The position numbers were made by a program, and so were the translations under genes. From assembly GCA_035263845.1 (NCBI GenBank), contig DATFQY010000198.1, positions 356 to 64,355 of the forward strand: a stretch of DNA of 64,000 bases, read 5' to 3'. Below are positions 33,832 to 43,615 of the stretch, piece after piece; position 1 is the first letter of the stretch, and each line of letters starts with the position of its first letter. The DNA is from Thermoanaerobaculia bacterium (GTDB lineage Bacteria > Acidobacteriota > Thermoanaerobaculia > UBA5066 > Gp7-AA6). The notes under the pieces are model-generated. The model was given only the letters and a program-made list of their open reading frames with translations. It searched no databases and was not told the DNA's origin.

Positions 33832-34347
33832 ATGATTCTCAAAGTCGCGAAACTCGGAGTCAAAGTCCTGCGCCAGAAGTCGCAGGAGGTGGATCCCCGG
33901 GCGGTGGCGCGCGGGGATTACGAGCCGTTCCTGTCCGACCTCGAGGAGACGATGCGGGAGTACGAGGGGACCGGGATCGCCGCGCCACAGGTCTTCACGT
34001 CGCTGCGGGTCTTTCTGTACGAGGTCAATCCCGAGAGGCGCAAGAAGGACGAGCCGAAGGTCCCGCTGACCGCCTACTTCAACGCTTCCTACGAGGGACT
34101 AGACGAAGAACTCGTCAACGATTCCGAAGGTTGTCTGTCAGTTCCGTTCCTCTGGGGCGGCGAGGTCCCGCGCTACGGACGTATTCGCGTGAAAGCGATC
34201 GACCGGTCGGGCAAGAAGGTGACGTTCGAAGCGTCGGGCTTCCACGCCCGGGTCCTCCAGCACGAGATCGACCACTTGGACGGGCTGATCTACCTCGACC
34301 GCATGAAGGACATGAAGTCCCTGGCCTACACCGTCAACTTCGGATAG
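33832..34347 (+). CDS. def: peptide deformylase
   Basis: MILKVAKLGVKVLRQKS..., GIAAPQV, EGCLSVP and HEIDHLDG motifs. 171 aa. The listed start 33790 lies inside tRNA-Phe. Confidence 0.9.
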   Translation: MILKVAKLGVKVLRQKSQEVDPRAVARGDYEPFLSDLEETMREYEGTGIAAPQVFTSLRVFLYEVNPERRKKDEPKVPLTAYFNASYEGLDEELVNDSEGCLSVPFLWGGEVPRYGRIRVKAIDRSGKKVTFEASGFHARVLQHEIDHLDGLIYLDRMKDMKSLAYTVNFG

Positions 34348-34354
34348 TTCCCGC

Positions 34355-35539
34355 TCAGAACCTCACGAGCTGGCCGGGCGGCCCCGAGTCGAGCGCGATC
34401 CAGAAATGAATCCCGTCGCTGCAGGCTCCCCAGGGAGATGTGTCCAGGCCCGTTGAAACGAAACTGATCGGGGTCAGATCGGCCGCCTTCCAGAGCGAAA
34501 CCCGGTTGCCGACGACACTGGTCACGAGCACCCGCTGTCCGTCGAAAGTGGCGAGCGGCGGGCCGGTCAGACCGTTTCCGGTCAACGTCGCGAGAACGTT
34601 GCCGGTGGAGGCGCGGACGACCGAAACCGAATTCTCTTGGAAGTTCGGCACCCAGATATTGGTCCCGTCGAAGACGGGGTACCCGGGGTTGAGTCCGACG
34701 GTGACGGTCTGGAGAATGGCGCCCGAGGGGTCGAGCTTGAAGAGCCGGTTCTGGCTCCGGTCCGTCACCCAGATGTTGGATCCGTCATAGATCGTTCCCA
34801 GGGGCTCCCCGAATCCGGTCGTGACGGTCGTGACCGTCCAGGGCGGAGTGGCCCCGGGCGTGACGATCGAGACCCCCGTGCCCCCAATGGAGTTTCCGAT
34901 CCAGATCCGGGCTCCGTCGAAGGCGATTCCCGCGGCGCCGTTGCCGAGGTTCGTCGCGAGCGTCGTCACGGCGCCCGCCGGCTGACTCGGATCGATCCGG
35001 TAGAGCGCTCCCGCGCCCGAACTCGAGCTGTCAACGAAAATGCGGCCCATCGCGGAGAGAACCCCCCAGGCGTTGGGCGCGCCCGTCCAGGTCTCCAGCA
35101 GCTTCCCGTCGCTGGCTCGGACCCGCGAGACGGTTCCGTCGGTAGTGTCAGGCACCCAGATGTCCGCGCCGTCGGAGCTCAGCAGGCCGGGACTGTTCCC
35201 CACGGTCGTCACTCCGAGGACCGACGCATTCTGCGTGGTCCAGAACTGGTCCAGGGCCGCCCGCCGGCTGCCGCGTTTGAGGACTCCGTCCACGGTTCGG
35301 GACAGAAAGGCGGCCATCTGGAGTCGGGTGACGTTGCCCGTCGGGTCGTAGGTCGTCGCCGTCGTTCCCGTCGTGATCCCAAGGTAGAAGATCTCGAGAA
35401 CGAACGGGCAAAAAACGTCGGCCGCGACGTCGGTGAAGGGCCCGCAGAGACCGAAGAGGCCGCCGGCGGCGCCGGCCAGGATGGCAACTCCCGCCAGTAG
35501 AGAAGCACGCGCGCGCTGCCGCCTCGCCGAAGCCACCAT
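34355..35539 (-). CDS. secreted SLH-like domain + 7-bladed beta-propeller repeat protein (paralog 2)
   Basis: 394 aa with CGPFTDVAADVFCPFVLEIFYLGITTGTTATTYDPTGNVTRLQMAAFLSRTVD, then 7 repeats. Ends QLVRF. Confidence 0.8.
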   Translation of the reverse strand: MVASARRQRARASLLAGVAILAGAAGGLFGLCGPFTDVAADVFCPFVLEIFYLGITTGTTATTYDPTGNVTRLQMAAFLSRTVDGVLKRGSRRAALDQFWTTQNASVLGVTTVGNSPGLLSSDGADIWVPDTTDGTVSRVRASDGKLLETWTGAPNAWGVLSAMGRIFVDSSSSGAGALYRIDPSQPAGAVTTLATNLGNGAAGIAFDGARIWIGNSIGGTGVSIVTPGATPPWTVTTVTTGFGEPLGTIYDGSNIWVTDRSQNRLFKLDPSGAILQTVTVGLNPGYPVFDGTNIWVPNFQENSVSVVRASTGNVLATLTGNGLTGPPLATFDGQRVLVTSVVGNRVSLWKAADLTPISFVSTGLDTSPWGACSDGIHFWIALDSGPPGQLVRF

Positions 35540-35595
35540 AACCCTCCTCGATGTTTTTGACGAAGTATAGGGCAGTTCGGCCTCGTTCGAGGACG

Positions 35596-36741
35596 TTAGA
35601 ACCTCATGACCTGGCCCAGGGCATTCATCGAGATCCAGAAGTTGGTCCCGTCGCTGCAGAGGCGGTTCGGGATGGCCCCGAGGTCGAAACTCCCCAGAGG
35701 CGTCAGGTCGGCGGCCTTCCAGAGGGAGACGAAGGTCGTATCGACGCTCGTGACCATGATCCTCTGCCCGTCGAACGCGGCCGCCAGGCCGTTGCCCAGG
35801 CCGTTTCCGGTCAGGGTCGCCAGGATCGCGCCGGTGCCGGGACGTACGACCACGAGTGGGCCGTTCGTGGGCACCCAGAGGTTCGTCCCGTCGAAGAGGG
35901 GAAACCCCGGCCCATTGCCGACCGTCACCGTGAGCAGGATTCCGCCCGTCGAATCGAGCTTCAGCAACGTGCCGAGATCGACGTTGGTGACCCAGATGTT
36001 CGTGCCGTCGAACTCCGGCCCGGCCACGGTGCTGAACCCCGTGGTGACCGTCGTCACGGTCCAGGGATTCGTGTTCAGGGGTGTCACGATCGAAACGGAG
36101 CCGTTGTTGGCCGTCCAGACAACGTTTCCGTCGAAGGCGAGCCCCCGGGCGATGTTCCCCAGGTTGGACGCGACGGTGGTCACGCCGCCGGGAGGCCCGA
36201 GCGGGTCGATGAAATAGAGGCGACCGGGGCTGGTCGCGGACGATACGAGCACCTTCCCGGCGCCACAGACGACGCCTCGGGCGTTGGCGGCGCCCGTCCA
36301 GGTGTCGAGGACTGTCAGGTCGCTGCCCCGGACCCTCCGGACAATCCCGTCGGTCGCGTCGGCGACCCAGACGTCCGTTCCGTCGGACTTGATCCCGACC
36401 GGGCTTGGACCAACCGTCGTGTTGCCGACGGCGCCCTTCGTCCAGAACTGGTCGAGCGCCGCGCGCTTGCTTCCACGCAGCAGGACGCGGTCCACCGTCC
36501 TCGAGAGGAAGGCCGCCATCTGGAGGCGCGTGACGTTGGCCGTCGGGTCGTAAGTGGTGGACGTGGTCCCGGTCGTGATCCCGAGATAGAAAACCTCCAG
36601 GACGAACGGACAGAACACGTCATTGGCCGTGTCCGTGAAGGGGCCGCAGGTCCCGAGCAGTCCGCCGGCGGCTCCGGCGAGGATGGCGGCGGCCGCAAGA
36701 AAGGCTGCGCCCACACGAAGTACCCCGGATCGAGTCCGCAT
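35596..36741 (-). CDS. secreted SLH-like domain + 7-bladed beta-propeller repeat protein (paralog 3)
   Basis: ATG 36741 is preceded by AGGAGGAGGAG, whereas the listed start 36771 has no SD. 381 aa, same architecture. Ends QVMRF. Confidence 0.8.
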   Translation of the reverse strand: MRTRSGVLRVGAAFLAAAAILAGAAGGLLGTCGPFTDTANDVFCPFVLEVFYLGITTGTTSTTYDPTANVTRLQMAAFLSRTVDRVLLRGSKRAALDQFWTKGAVGNTTVGPSPVGIKSDGTDVWVADATDGIVRRVRGSDLTVLDTWTGAANARGVVCGAGKVLVSSATSPGRLYFIDPLGPPGGVTTVASNLGNIARGLAFDGNVVWTANNGSVSIVTPLNTNPWTVTTVTTGFSTVAGPEFDGTNIWVTNVDLGTLLKLDSTGGILLTVTVGNGPGFPLFDGTNLWVPTNGPLVVVRPGTGAILATLTGNGLGNGLAAAFDGQRIMVTSVDTTFVSLWKAADLTPLGSFDLGAIPNRLCSDGTNFWISMNALGQVMRF

Positions 36742-36826
36742 CGTCTCCTCCTCCTGTTGTGATTGAAACAATCCTATCGCCGAAACGCCGGCGGTTTCAA
36801 GTCCTGGCTCCCGGCAGGGGGCCGGG

Positions 36827-39652
36827 TCAGAAAAGCTTCAGGAGGATGAGGTTGATGACGACGCCGTGGATTCCGTGGGAGACGACGGGGACTCCAACCT
36901 CCGCGCGGACGAGCGTGTTGGACCACGGCCCGTTGAGCGACGCGAGCAGGCCGGCGCCCGAGTAGTAGGTGTTGTCGAAGCCGGACTTCTTGTCGTTCAA
37001 GACCGCCTGGTCGTAGAAGCCTTCGAACCGGATGATGTTCTCGATGTTCAGGCCGTAGGAGATGTTGGCGATGAACGCTTCCTGCGTCCGTAAGCTACCG
37101 GACTTGTAGCCGCGGACCGGGTTCCCGGAGAAACTCCCGAACTCGTACTTGGAGAACCGGTCGAGGTCGTGGCCGCCCAGGTAGGAGACGCCGAGGTGGA
37201 GCTTGCGGAACCCGGAGAAGTACTGGTCCTTGGCGACCGAGAGCGACCACTTCTGGTAATCCTGCTGGTCCGGGTTGAACTCGGAAGTCGCCGGGTCGCC
37301 CCAGAACTCCCACTTGCGGCGGCGGTAGCCCGAGCCGGCCGCGACGATGTTGAATCCGGAAAAATTGGCGACCAGCTTCAGCTCCGCGCCGTCCGTGAAC
37401 GTGTCGACCGGGGTCACGAAGTCGGGCCCGGTGTCGCTGTCGCGCTGGAAGTTGTCCCACTTGGAGAAGATGCCGAGGCTCGCCTTCAGGTACGGCCCGA
37501 TCGGGTGACCCACGTTGAGCTGGAAGACGGCCGGAAGGTGCTTGATCTTCTCCGACTTCACCTCCTGGCCGTTCCGGTAGGAGACGTCGCCGAAGGGGAA
37601 CGCCACGGCGAAGAGGTCCGCTCCCAGGTCGAAGCGGCTGCCGGCGAGCGCCGGATCCGTGTAGTTGGCCGTCAGCAGCGCCCCGGCGAAGAAGACCGAG
37701 AGCTGCTTGCCCTTGCCCCAGAGGTCGAAGTTGAAGTGCTGGATGCCGACGAGCGGCAGCGGGAAGTCGAGCGAGTCGTCGTAGAAGGCGCCGAGCACCC
37801 CGAACGTGCTCTTCTTGGAGATCTTCTCCTCGACAATCCGTTCGCCGGCGTGCTCCGGGTTCGGAACCAGGTAGCGCATCCCGTTGTCCGTGTGCCGGAT
37901 CATCTGGGACGGCGAGGCGTATGCCTGCGCGCGCAGGGTGTCGAAGTCGGGAGGATCCACGACGATGCTCTGGACCTCGACTTTTCGCTCGATGGCCGTC
38001 GTGCGGCCGGCGGTCGAGTAGACCTCTTCTCCCTTGATCTCCAGGGGAAGCGAAACGTCCGGCCTTCCGGGAACCTGCCGGTAGATCTCCGTCTGGACGG
38101 CGGAGAGCGTCTCTCCCTTGAGGTTCAGCTGAACGGAGTCGCGGCGCAGGAGGGCGAAGGTCTCCTTGTCGATCCAGACGCTCCCGCGGTACGCGGGTTT
38201 GTCGCTGACCTGCTGCTTGGGCGCGTACGCGACGTGGTAGGCAGGGCGGTCCGACATCGTCCCCTCGCCCTTCAGCGAGTACTCGTAGTCCTCGGTCAGG
38301 CGGATGTCCAGCGGGATGGCGGTGACCTTTTCCGGCTGGAGGATCGGGAGCCTGGGCAGCGTCTTGCCCTTCCACTTGACCCCGTTCAGGTAGAACTCGT
38401 CCCACTCCCAGTCCGCCGACTCTCCGCGGCGATAGAAGACGGGCCCGAGGATCGTCAGGTCGAACGTCTCGTTGACCTCGGCGATCCGGAACCGAAGCGA
38501 AGTCTTGAGGTGCGCGACGTAGGAGTTGAAGGCCGCGCGCTGCCCGGCGTCCCACGCCCGCTCGCGGGCGATGATCTCGTCGGCCGTGAGCCCGCGCTCG
38601 GCGCCGACCTCGACCTTCGTCCGGGTCGCGCCGCCTGGGCGCTCGGCGGGCTGGAGCACGGCGGCGAGCGGCCCCTTGGAGAGATCGAGGTCCAGGATCT
38701 TCGCGCCCTTCACGTCGAAATCTCTCTTCGCGCCGCTGGCCAGGTTTTCGACGGACGCCTTCGTGAACGGGCCGCCCGAGAGCTCGATCCGGACGATCCC
38801 GGCCGGGTCCGCGGGCAGGAAGAGAATCGGCGTGAACTTCTTGCCGTCGAAGAACCGGGCGAGAACCGCCGGGGAGCCGTCCTTCCGAGTCGCGCGGGTC
38901 GCCGTCGGGTCCCGCGAAACGTCGTTGGTCAGGTATGCCTGGAGCCGTGCGAGCGCCTGCGAGCCGGCGTCGGTCAGCTCGACCGGCGCCTGGGCGTCCT
39001 GGAAGAGCACGGCCCTCGAGAAGGAAGGGCCGTCTCCCGGCTCCTTCGCTATCGCCCGCAGAAGATCGCTGGCCGGATCACCCGTGGATCGAGCCCGCGC
39101 CAGCACCCATCGGCCGGCGATGGATTGAAGCGGGGTGGCCTGATGACCGTCGCGAAGGGCGAGTGCGTCCACGTACGGCGAGAGCTCCTCTTCCATCTCC
39201 GCGGACAGGGGAGTCTCGACGGCGAGCCCGACCGGCTCCTCGGGCGAGCCGGCCCGGAACGCGGAGGAGAGGAGCTTGACCGCATACGCGAACCGGACCG
39301 GATCGGTCGGCGCCGGCAGCTCGAGCAGGACACCCGCCGCGGAGTGGAGGGCGGAAAGCCACCCGGAAGCTTGCTGGATCCCGGCGTCGCCGTAGTCGGC
39401 CAGCCGGACGGAAAAGAGGCAGGACGCGGCCGGCTCTTCCGGAGAGGGCGCCGCCGCCAGCCGCGCCAGGACGAGCGTCTTCGAGCCTTGGACGCAGCGC
39501 CCGTCCGTCCGCTCGGCGGCGATTCGGAGACGCTCTACGGCGCCGGCCGATCCGCTGCCGAGCAGGGCGAGGAGCAGCCCCGCAAAGAGGAGCTTGGCTG
39601 CGGCGGGAGAACGGCGAGGGATTTCGGAGAGGTTGCCGGTGGCGTTCCTCAC
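36827..39652 (-). CDS. large outer-membrane protein: unknown N-domain + LolA-like region + Omp85/surface-antigen-type C-terminal barrel
   Basis: GTG 39652 gives the signal peptide MRNATGNLSEIPRRSPAAAKLLFAGLLLALLGSGSAGA. The mid region YRGSVWIDKETFALLR resembles LolA-like lipoprotein-sorting proteins. The C-terminal ~350 aa has a beta-strand pattern ending LLKLF. 941 aa. Confidence 0.7.
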   Translation of the reverse strand: MRNATGNLSEIPRRSPAAAKLLFAGLLLALLGSGSAGAVERLRIAAERTDGRCVQGSKTLVLARLAAAPSPEEPAASCLFSVRLADYGDAGIQQASGWLSALHSAAGVLLELPAPTDPVRFAYAVKLLSSAFRAGSPEEPVGLAVETPLSAEMEEELSPYVDALALRDGHQATPLQSIAGRWVLARARSTGDPASDLLRAIAKEPGDGPSFSRAVLFQDAQAPVELTDAGSQALARLQAYLTNDVSRDPTATRATRKDGSPAVLARFFDGKKFTPILFLPADPAGIVRIELSGGPFTKASVENLASGAKRDFDVKGAKILDLDLSKGPLAAVLQPAERPGGATRTKVEVGAERGLTADEIIARERAWDAGQRAAFNSYVAHLKTSLRFRIAEVNETFDLTILGPVFYRRGESADWEWDEFYLNGVKWKGKTLPRLPILQPEKVTAIPLDIRLTEDYEYSLKGEGTMSDRPAYHVAYAPKQQVSDKPAYRGSVWIDKETFALLRRDSVQLNLKGETLSAVQTEIYRQVPGRPDVSLPLEIKGEEVYSTAGRTTAIERKVEVQSIVVDPPDFDTLRAQAYASPSQMIRHTDNGMRYLVPNPEHAGERIVEEKISKKSTFGVLGAFYDDSLDFPLPLVGIQHFNFDLWGKGKQLSVFFAGALLTANYTDPALAGSRFDLGADLFAVAFPFGDVSYRNGQEVKSEKIKHLPAVFQLNVGHPIGPYLKASLGIFSKWDNFQRDSDTGPDFVTPVDTFTDGAELKLVANFSGFNIVAAGSGYRRRKWEFWGDPATSEFNPDQQDYQKWSLSVAKDQYFSGFRKLHLGVSYLGGHDLDRFSKYEFGSFSGNPVRGYKSGSLRTQEAFIANISYGLNIENIIRFEGFYDQAVLNDKKSGFDNTYYSGAGLLASLNGPWSNTLVRAEVGVPVVSHGIHGVVINLILLKLF

Positions 39653-39696
39653 CCGAACACCGGCGGTGCGAGGCGGCGCAACGTCGCTACTACCTT

Positions 39697-40779
<1,083 letters not shown>

Positions 40780-40849
40780 GTCCTCACCTTTCCTGCGCTG
40801 GAGCGCGTGCTCCAGGGATTGCGCGCCTGAGCCTCTCGGCCGGTTCGCG

Positions 40850-40855
40850 ATTATA
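40850..40855 (-). promoter_or_regulatory. TATAAT -10-like box upstream of recA
   Basis: The minus strand reads GGAGTCTATAATCGCGAACC, ~70 nt upstream of the recA ATG. A CTGGAGC-N4-GCTCCAG palindrome (40798-40815) lies between it and the SD. Confidence 0.4.
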
Positions 40856-40879
40856 GACTCCGGGCGGGATTTCGATTCG

Positions 40880-41458
40880 ATGAGGACGGCGCCATCATCG
40901 CCGGGCGAAGCCCGCCTGTCAACGGCCGACGTGCGCCGCGCGTTTCGCCAGTCGCCAATCTCCACTCTTCTCTCCCTCGGACTCGGCACCGGGCTGTCGC
41001 CGTTCGCTCCCGGCACGGCCGGGTCGGCTCTCGCCCTGGCGGCCGCGTGGCTCTTCCTTCGCGCCGTCGCGTCCGCCTCGCCGAGTTTCGCTGCGGCGGG
41101 GGGACTGTTGATGTCCGGGCTCCTCGTCGCCTTTGCCGGCGTCTTTCTCTCCACGAGGACGGCGCGCCTGCTCGCGGCGAAGGACCCCGGCTGCATCGTC
41201 ATCGACGAGGTCGCGGGGCAGCTCCTCGCCTCGGCGGCCGTTCCCCTCTTCCGCTATCCCTCGCCGATGATCGAGGCTGCGGCGTACTTCGTCTCCTTCT
41301 TCCTCTTCCGGCTTTTCGACGTCTGGAAGCCGGGCCCGATCCATCGGCTGCAGGACCTGCCGGAAGGGTGGGGGATCGTGGCCGACGACGTCGCCGCGGG
41401 TCTCCTCGCGGCGGGTTGCCTCGCGGCCGGCGCGCTGGCCCTCGGCTGGTGGCCGTGA
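40880..41458 (+). CDS. pgpA: phosphatidylglycerophosphatase A
   Basis: [25 protein letters not shown] and FRLFDVWKP motifs. The start may be somewhat downstream. Confidence 0.85.
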   Translation: MRTAPSSPGEARLSTADVRRAFRQSPISTLLSLGLGTGLSPFAPGTAGSALALAAAWLFLRAVASASPSFAAAGGLLMSGLLVAFAGVFLSTRTARLLAAKDPGCIVIDEVAGQLLASAAVPLFRYPSPMIEAAAYFVSFFLFRLFDVWKPGPIHRLQDLPEGWGIVADDVAAGLLAAGCLAAGALALGWWP

Positions 41459-42351
41459 ATCTCGAGCTTTCCCCGGAGGAGGGGGGCGTCACCCGTGACG
41501 AGCCGCTCGCGCCCCGGACCACCTGGAAGATCGGCGGCCCGGCGAAGTGGTTTGCCCGGGTCCGGACCGAGGAGGCCCTGGTGAAGACGCTGTCGGCCGC
41601 GTCGGAAGCGGGACTTCCGGTCGCGCTCCTGGGCATGGGGTCGAACATCCTCGTGTCCGACGAGGGGTTCCCCGGCGTCGTCGTCCGGTTAGACGGCGCC
41701 TTCCTGAAGGTGACGATCGAGGGCGAGTCGGTGGCGGCCGGCGGGGGTGCGGCCCTCGGCGCCGTCTGCGCGGCGGCCGCACGGGCTTCCCTCTCGGGGA
41801 TCGAGCCGATCTCCGGGATTCCGTCCTCGATCGGCGCCGCGGTCCGGATCAACGCCGGGGCCTATGGCGGCGAGATCTTCGACGTCCTGACGAGCGTTCG
41901 ACTGGTTTCGCCGGCTGGACGCGGGAGGACGGCCGCTGCGGCGGAAATCCCGCACTCCTACCGCTGGACGGGGTTGATGGAGACCCGGGAGATCGTGGTG
42001 CGGGCGACCCTCGCCCTCCACCGGGCGCCCCTCGAGCAGATCGAGGCCAGCACGAAGCTCGCCGCCGACAAGCGGCGGGGCGCCCTCCCCTCCGAGCCCA
42101 ACGCGGGGAGCGTCTTCCGAAACCCGCCGGGCGATTATGCCGGCCGCCTGATCGAGGCGTGCGGCTTGAAGGGGAGTCGGAGCGGGGGAGCGGTCATCTC
42201 GCCGCGCCACGCCAACGTCATCGTCAACGAGGGAGGGGCGAGGGCCTCCGATGTCCTCGCCCTGATGCGGCTGTCCCGCGATAAGGTGCGGGAGAAGTTC
42301 GGCGTGACGTTGAAGCCCGAGGTCGAGCTTCTGGGAACGAGGTGGGATTGA
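41455..42351 (+). CDS. murB: UDP-N-acetylenolpyruvoylglucosamine reductase
   Basis: PLAPRTTWKIGGPA, LGMGSNILV, GIPSSIGAAVRINAGAYG and AGSVFRNP motifs. The GTG overlaps the pgpA stop (GTGA). Confidence 0.93.
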   Translation: MNLELSPEEGGVTRDEPLAPRTTWKIGGPAKWFARVRTEEALVKTLSAASEAGLPVALLGMGSNILVSDEGFPGVVVRLDGAFLKVTIEGESVAAGGGAALGAVCAAAARASLSGIEPISGIPSSIGAAVRINAGAYGGEIFDVLTSVRLVSPAGRGRTAAAAEIPHSYRWTGLMETREIVVRATLALHRAPLEQIEASTKLAADKRRGALPSEPNAGSVFRNPPGDYAGRLIEACGLKGSRSGGAVISPRHANVIVNEGGARASDVLALMRLSRDKVREKFGVTLKPEVELLGTRWD

Positions 42352-42397
42352 CGCGATTCTTGCAGGAAGGCGGGCGGGAAGGCTTCGGGGTGTCGCA

Positions 42398-43399
42398 ATG
42401 AGGGCGCTGCTGCTGGCGGGAGGGGTGGGGACGAGGCTGTGGCCGCTCTCCAACGAGGAGCGGCCGAAGCAGTTCCTTCCGCTCCTTTCCGAGAAGAGCC
42501 TCCTCGCGGAGACCTTCGAGCGGCTCCTTCCGCTGACCGAGGAAATCTTCGTCGCCACCGCCGAGCGGCACGCCGACCTGGTCCTCGAGGAGCTGAAAGC
42601 GCTGCCCGCCGACCGAATCCTGATGGAGCCCGCCCGCCGCAACTCCGGGCCGGCGCTCCTCTCCGCGGCCATCGCATTCGAGCGCGACGGCGACCCGGTG
42701 ACGGCCGCCATCCCCTCCGACCAGACGGTCGCCGATCCCGACGCTCTGCGCCGCTCGCTGGCGACGGCGGGCCGGGCGGCCGACTCCGCCTCCGCCGTCG
42801 TTCTCGCCGTGCCTCCGAGCCGGCCGGACACGGACTTCGGTTACCTCGAGGTCGGCGAGGACACGCCGGGAGAGGGGCTGCCGGTCGTCCGCTTCCTCGA
42901 GAAGCCCGGCCAAGAGGAGGCGGAGGCGTGCGTTAAGGCCGGCTGCTTCTGGAACGCCGGCATCTTCGTCTTCCGCCCCTCCCGCTTCCTGGCGGAGGCG
43001 CGCCGGGTCGCCGCTCCCTTGGTCGAGAAGGTCGAGCTCTACCGCCGCAAGCTCCGCGAGCGCGACGAAGAGGGCGCCCGGCGGGCCTGGGAGGATCTGC
43101 CGTCGGTCTCGATCGACTACGCCGTGATGGAGAAAGCGAACCGGGTCCGGGCCGTCCCGCTGCGCGCCGGATGGAGCGACGTGGGGACCTGGCGTTCGGT
43201 GCGGGAGCTGCGCGGCCCGACCGACGAGCACGGCAACTTGATCTTCTCGAAATCCCGCGTGGTGGCCCCCGGTGTTCGGGATAGCGCGATCGTCGTTTCG
43301 GACGCTGGGATCCTGATCATGCCCTTCGAGCGTGAGAACGAGCTTCGTTCCGCAGTCGAGCGCGCCCACCAGAAAGCCTCCGAAACCAAGACCGGCTGA
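42398..43399 (+). CDS. mannose-1-phosphate guanylyltransferase
   Basis: LLAGGVGTRLWPLS nucleotidyltransferase N-terminus, FGYLE, EKP and WNAGIFVF. 333 aa, with no PMI domain. Confidence 0.88.
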   Translation: MRALLLAGGVGTRLWPLSNEERPKQFLPLLSEKSLLAETFERLLPLTEEIFVATAERHADLVLEELKALPADRILMEPARRNSGPALLSAAIAFERDGDPVTAAIPSDQTVADPDALRRSLATAGRAADSASAVVLAVPPSRPDTDFGYLEVGEDTPGEGLPVVRFLEKPGQEEAEACVKAGCFWNAGIFVFRPSRFLAEARRVAAPLVEKVELYRRKLRERDEEGARRAWEDLPSVSIDYAVMEKANRVRAVPLRAGWSDVGTWRSVRELRGPTDEHGNLIFSKSRVVAPGVRDSAIVVSDAGILIMPFERENELRSAVERAHQKASETKTG

Positions 43400-43512
43400 T
43401 CCCCAACCGGACGAGCCGCTTCGCCCTTTTCAACGCAAATCCCGTCGGGCGGGAGTTTTGCTCGGTTCCGAACGGGAGGGGAGGGTCTGGGAGGCAAAGG
43501 GCCGGTTTCTCG

Positions 43513-43541
43513 TTGATTTTAAAGGCTTTTGCGCGTATGAT
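43513..43541 (+). promoter_or_regulatory. sigma70-like promoter TTGATT-N17-TATGAT for the moxR operon
   Basis: The sequence reads TTGATTTTAAAGGCTTTTGCGCGTATGAT, ~75 nt upstream of moxR ATG 43616. A TGCCGGC...GCCGGCA hairpin lies in the putative 5' UTR. Confidence 0.5.
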
Positions 43542-43615
43542 GAGTGTTTCCACAAAGCTATGGGAATCGGGTTTGCCGGCGCGACAGTTACCTTGCCGGC
43601 AGTGAAGGCGTTCGC

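Noticed and set aside
34355-34372. Conserved C-terminal L-x-R-F on all five family copies as a possible sorting signal
   Set aside because: It is the end of the last propeller blade, after the CSDG..FW(I/V) strand. Structural conservation explains it more simply. Genuine beta-barrel proteins in the window also end in F, but with a different upstream context.
40780-40879. Shared 8-mer GGAGTCTA (recA leader; reverse strand of the lexA upstream element) and shared ATCGAAA 7-mer as an SOS box
   Set aside because: Given two ~130-bp regions searched on both strands, an 8-mer or 7-mer match is about what chance predicts. The orientation relative to the genes is inconsistent, and there is no dyad or repeat symmetry. 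In addition, GAAC-N7-GAGG near recA is only a half match to the GAAC-N7-GAAC type box.
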